Below, piece by piece: positions 61,486-64,000 of a DNA stretch of 64,000 bases. The notes beneath the pieces are model-generated. The model was given only the letters and a program-made list of their open reading frames with translations. It did not search any database and was not told the origin of the DNA. The DNA lies in contig OZ024741.1 of NCBI GenBank assembly GCA_964016885.1, positions 241,676,001-241,740,000 of the forward strand. Reading direction: 5' to 3'. The translations under genes were made by a program, and so were the position numbers. The number at the start of each line of letters is the position of its first letter. Within the stretch, counting starts at the first letter, position 1. Origin of the DNA: Eledone cirrhosa (taxonomy: Eukaryota).

Positions 61486-63304
61486 AGGTATGTGTGTGTA
61501 GGTGTGTAGGTGTGTGTGTGTAGGTGTGTGTGTATATACTTAACAAAGGAAGTGTGGTAGGGATCCAGGTGGACCATAACGCACCAGAGTACTCAATACT
61601 ATGGGTAGTAGAGTGGGTAATAGGAAAAGAGTCAGGACCCCGACGGCTGAGCTCCGGCTGTTTCGGCTGCTATTTCTGAACACTTTCTTTAATTTATATA
61701 TATATATATATATGAATTAAAGAAAGTGTTTTATCTATAATAATACATAGAAGCAAATAAACTGAGTGAACTGTCAATAATTATAACAGAGTGAATACTT
61801 TATTTCCTAAAGGAAAAAGTGGCAGCAGATTGTTTCAGCTTTTGAAAACATATTACACTCACACAAATGCATCTGTGTGTGTGTATGTGTGTGAGTGTAT
61901 ATGTGTGTGTGTGGTTATGTGTGTTCTATTTTCTTTGTTGTTACCCTATACCAATTACAATAAGAATTGGAGCCTCTTAGAAAATAATTAAAAATGTCAC
62001 GAGATGCCTTTATTACTGGGATCACCTCAAACCTCTGACTTCTTCTCTTCAATGATATTAGTTATATAATGTGGAAAATACTGAGTTTAAAAGCGGGCAG
62101 GGTTTAGTTTATTGGTCCAGATCCTAGAGCGTTAAGAAGGGTTCTGTGAATATCTGATAAATCCCACTTCAAAAAGAAAAAAAAACAACCTTTAACCCCT
62201 TCCATTTTGAGAGGAGCTTCCCATTCTCCTGCTGACTTTGAAAACTGTTTTGTTACATCTTACAAAGTTTCCCTCAAAATCTTTGGAAAAAAATTACACC
62301 ATGAGCGTTGCTGAAACAATTTTAGCATCAAGTTTAAAAATCACCAAAGACTGGGACACCCTAAAGCCACCAGAGGCTGGGACACCATTGTCACCATACC
62401 ATGACTTCTAAAATCACCAAAGGTTGTGACGCCATGGTCATCATTCCATATGCCCCCCTAAAATTACCAAAGGCCGGGACCCTATATCATATATCCCCTA
62501 AGAAATTGCACTGACATCACATAACTATGTTGTGACACAACTATTTTAAACTTCAGCAGGTTCTAATCTATTCAACTCTACTTTGAAACAAACCAAGGAA
62601 AGAAAATAGACTACATAACCTTCAAAATGTTAAAGTCTGTCATAAAGCATCAAGCTCATCATATGTTAAGTGACTGAGAGTGCAAGTCTTCCCCCAGGAC
62701 AGGATGCCAGTCCATCACAGGGTTAACTTTCAACTGAGTGTATTGGAACAACATGAAATGAAGTCTTTTGCCCAAGAGCACAATGACCACCTGGTCCAGG
62801 AATCAACCCCACAACAAATCCTCAAAAAAATACTAAACACACCACTGATATCTTGATATGTTTTAGCAACCAACAACTCCCTAATTTCCTCACTCATATG
62901 AAATTTATGTAATCGATAGATGGATAGAAAGATTAGATAGATTGAGGGAGAGAGAGGAAAGAAAGATTAAATAGATATCTTTCTTTATTTGCCACAGGGG
63001 CGTACAAAAATGGGACATTACAAGACGTGACGGCGGGGGTTTTACATAAAAATAACTTTAACATTAACATAAAGAAAGATTAAATAGATAGATGGATAGA
63101 CAGACAAACAGAAACATAGATAGACTGACAGATAGAAAGATAGACAGACAGACAGAAAAATAGATAGACCGACCGACAGACAGGTTGGTAGGTAGATAGA
63201 CAGATAGATAGATGGATATGTTCACCTCAAATTATTCTCTGTACAATGTACATAACAACAATTGGCTACAATAAGTAAATAGTATTTGAATGTGGAGTTC
63301 TTAC

Positions 63305-64000
63305 CTGTGTAGTTCTCTGTGACCACCTTGATAATGATGAAGACTTCCATTCATTTCGTGATTCATCAACTGGATAGAGATGTCCGTGCATTGATAAAGA
63401 GTTACCTCCCATTATATCATCTGGATTGCACGATACTGGCACTGTGTTGTTAGTCTGTGAGATTAACTGTCGCATTTCATTCCTCGGGTGTTTCGAGGTT
63501 GATATGGCTGTGTGTTGTAGAGCTCTGTTCTGATTCCTAGTTCTAATCACACACAAAGTCACTGAAATTACAATTACCACTGATAGAATCACAGCTACCG
63601 GTACAATAATTACAACCCAGGTAACATCAATTAAACTATCTGACTGTTGGTGGACAGCAGCTAACATTGGTGATGTGGTGTTGCTAACACTTAACGATAA
63701 AGTTAATGTTGTTACTGCTGATAGTGATGGCATGCCACTGTCTTTCACCATGAACTTTAGGTCATAATTACCAGCATCGTTTTGGTAAACAGTCCGAGAG
63801 AAGGACAGAACCCCCGTGTAAGGGTTCACTGTAAACAGATGTTTGTCATTACCCCCAATTATATCATATTTCAGGAAAGCATTTTCTTGGCTATCCCTAT
63901 CAGAGGCCTTCAGTACTGTGAGATCATTCTTGCTCTGTGGATGGTAATAAAAGTCCAGACTGAATGGATCAACACTTGGAAATGTAAAATAGGGAGCATT
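63305..64000 (-). CDS. Protocadherin, 3' part of the large exon (last cadherin repeat, TM helix, proximal cytoplasmic region); continues beyond the window end
   Basis: Open frame from 64000: NAPYFTFP...LKASDRDSQENAFLKYDIIGGN...LFTVNPYTG...VKDSGMPSLS, then TM WVVIIVPVAVILSVVIVISVTLCVI. Donor CAG|GTAAGA at 63305/63304. Confidence 0.93.

Overview
AT-rich, microsatellite-dense eukaryotic DNA, inferred to be from a coleoid cephalopod (octopus-like protocadherin, SINE and RTE repertoire). The only clear host gene is a minus-strand protocadherin. Its large exon (last cadherin repeat, TM, start of the cytoplasmic tail) occupies 63305-64000, with candidate downstream exons at 46089-46358 and about 20320-21246, so much of the window may be intron. 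The rest is retroelements (a full-length RTE with a 12-bp TSD and an in-frame stop, PHD-finger RTE fragments, Tx1/L1, R4/Dong-like), DNA transposons (maT DD37D, mariner MITEs, piggyBac-type TTAA MITEs, two Helitrons), SINEs and minisatellites. The main unexpected signal is self-cleaving RNA. A 310-bp tandem array (231-2230) carries a complete type I hammerhead ribozyme in each unit, which fits a non-LTR retrozyme producing circRNA. About ten further intact or decayed hammerheads are dispersed through the window, many in (TA)n-embedded fold-back elements whose inversion points sit at the ribozyme. An HDV-like fold lies at the 5' junction of the RTE. Nearly all low-complexity ORFs in the track are repeat artefacts. 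All structures were read by eye; no folding or database searches were run.
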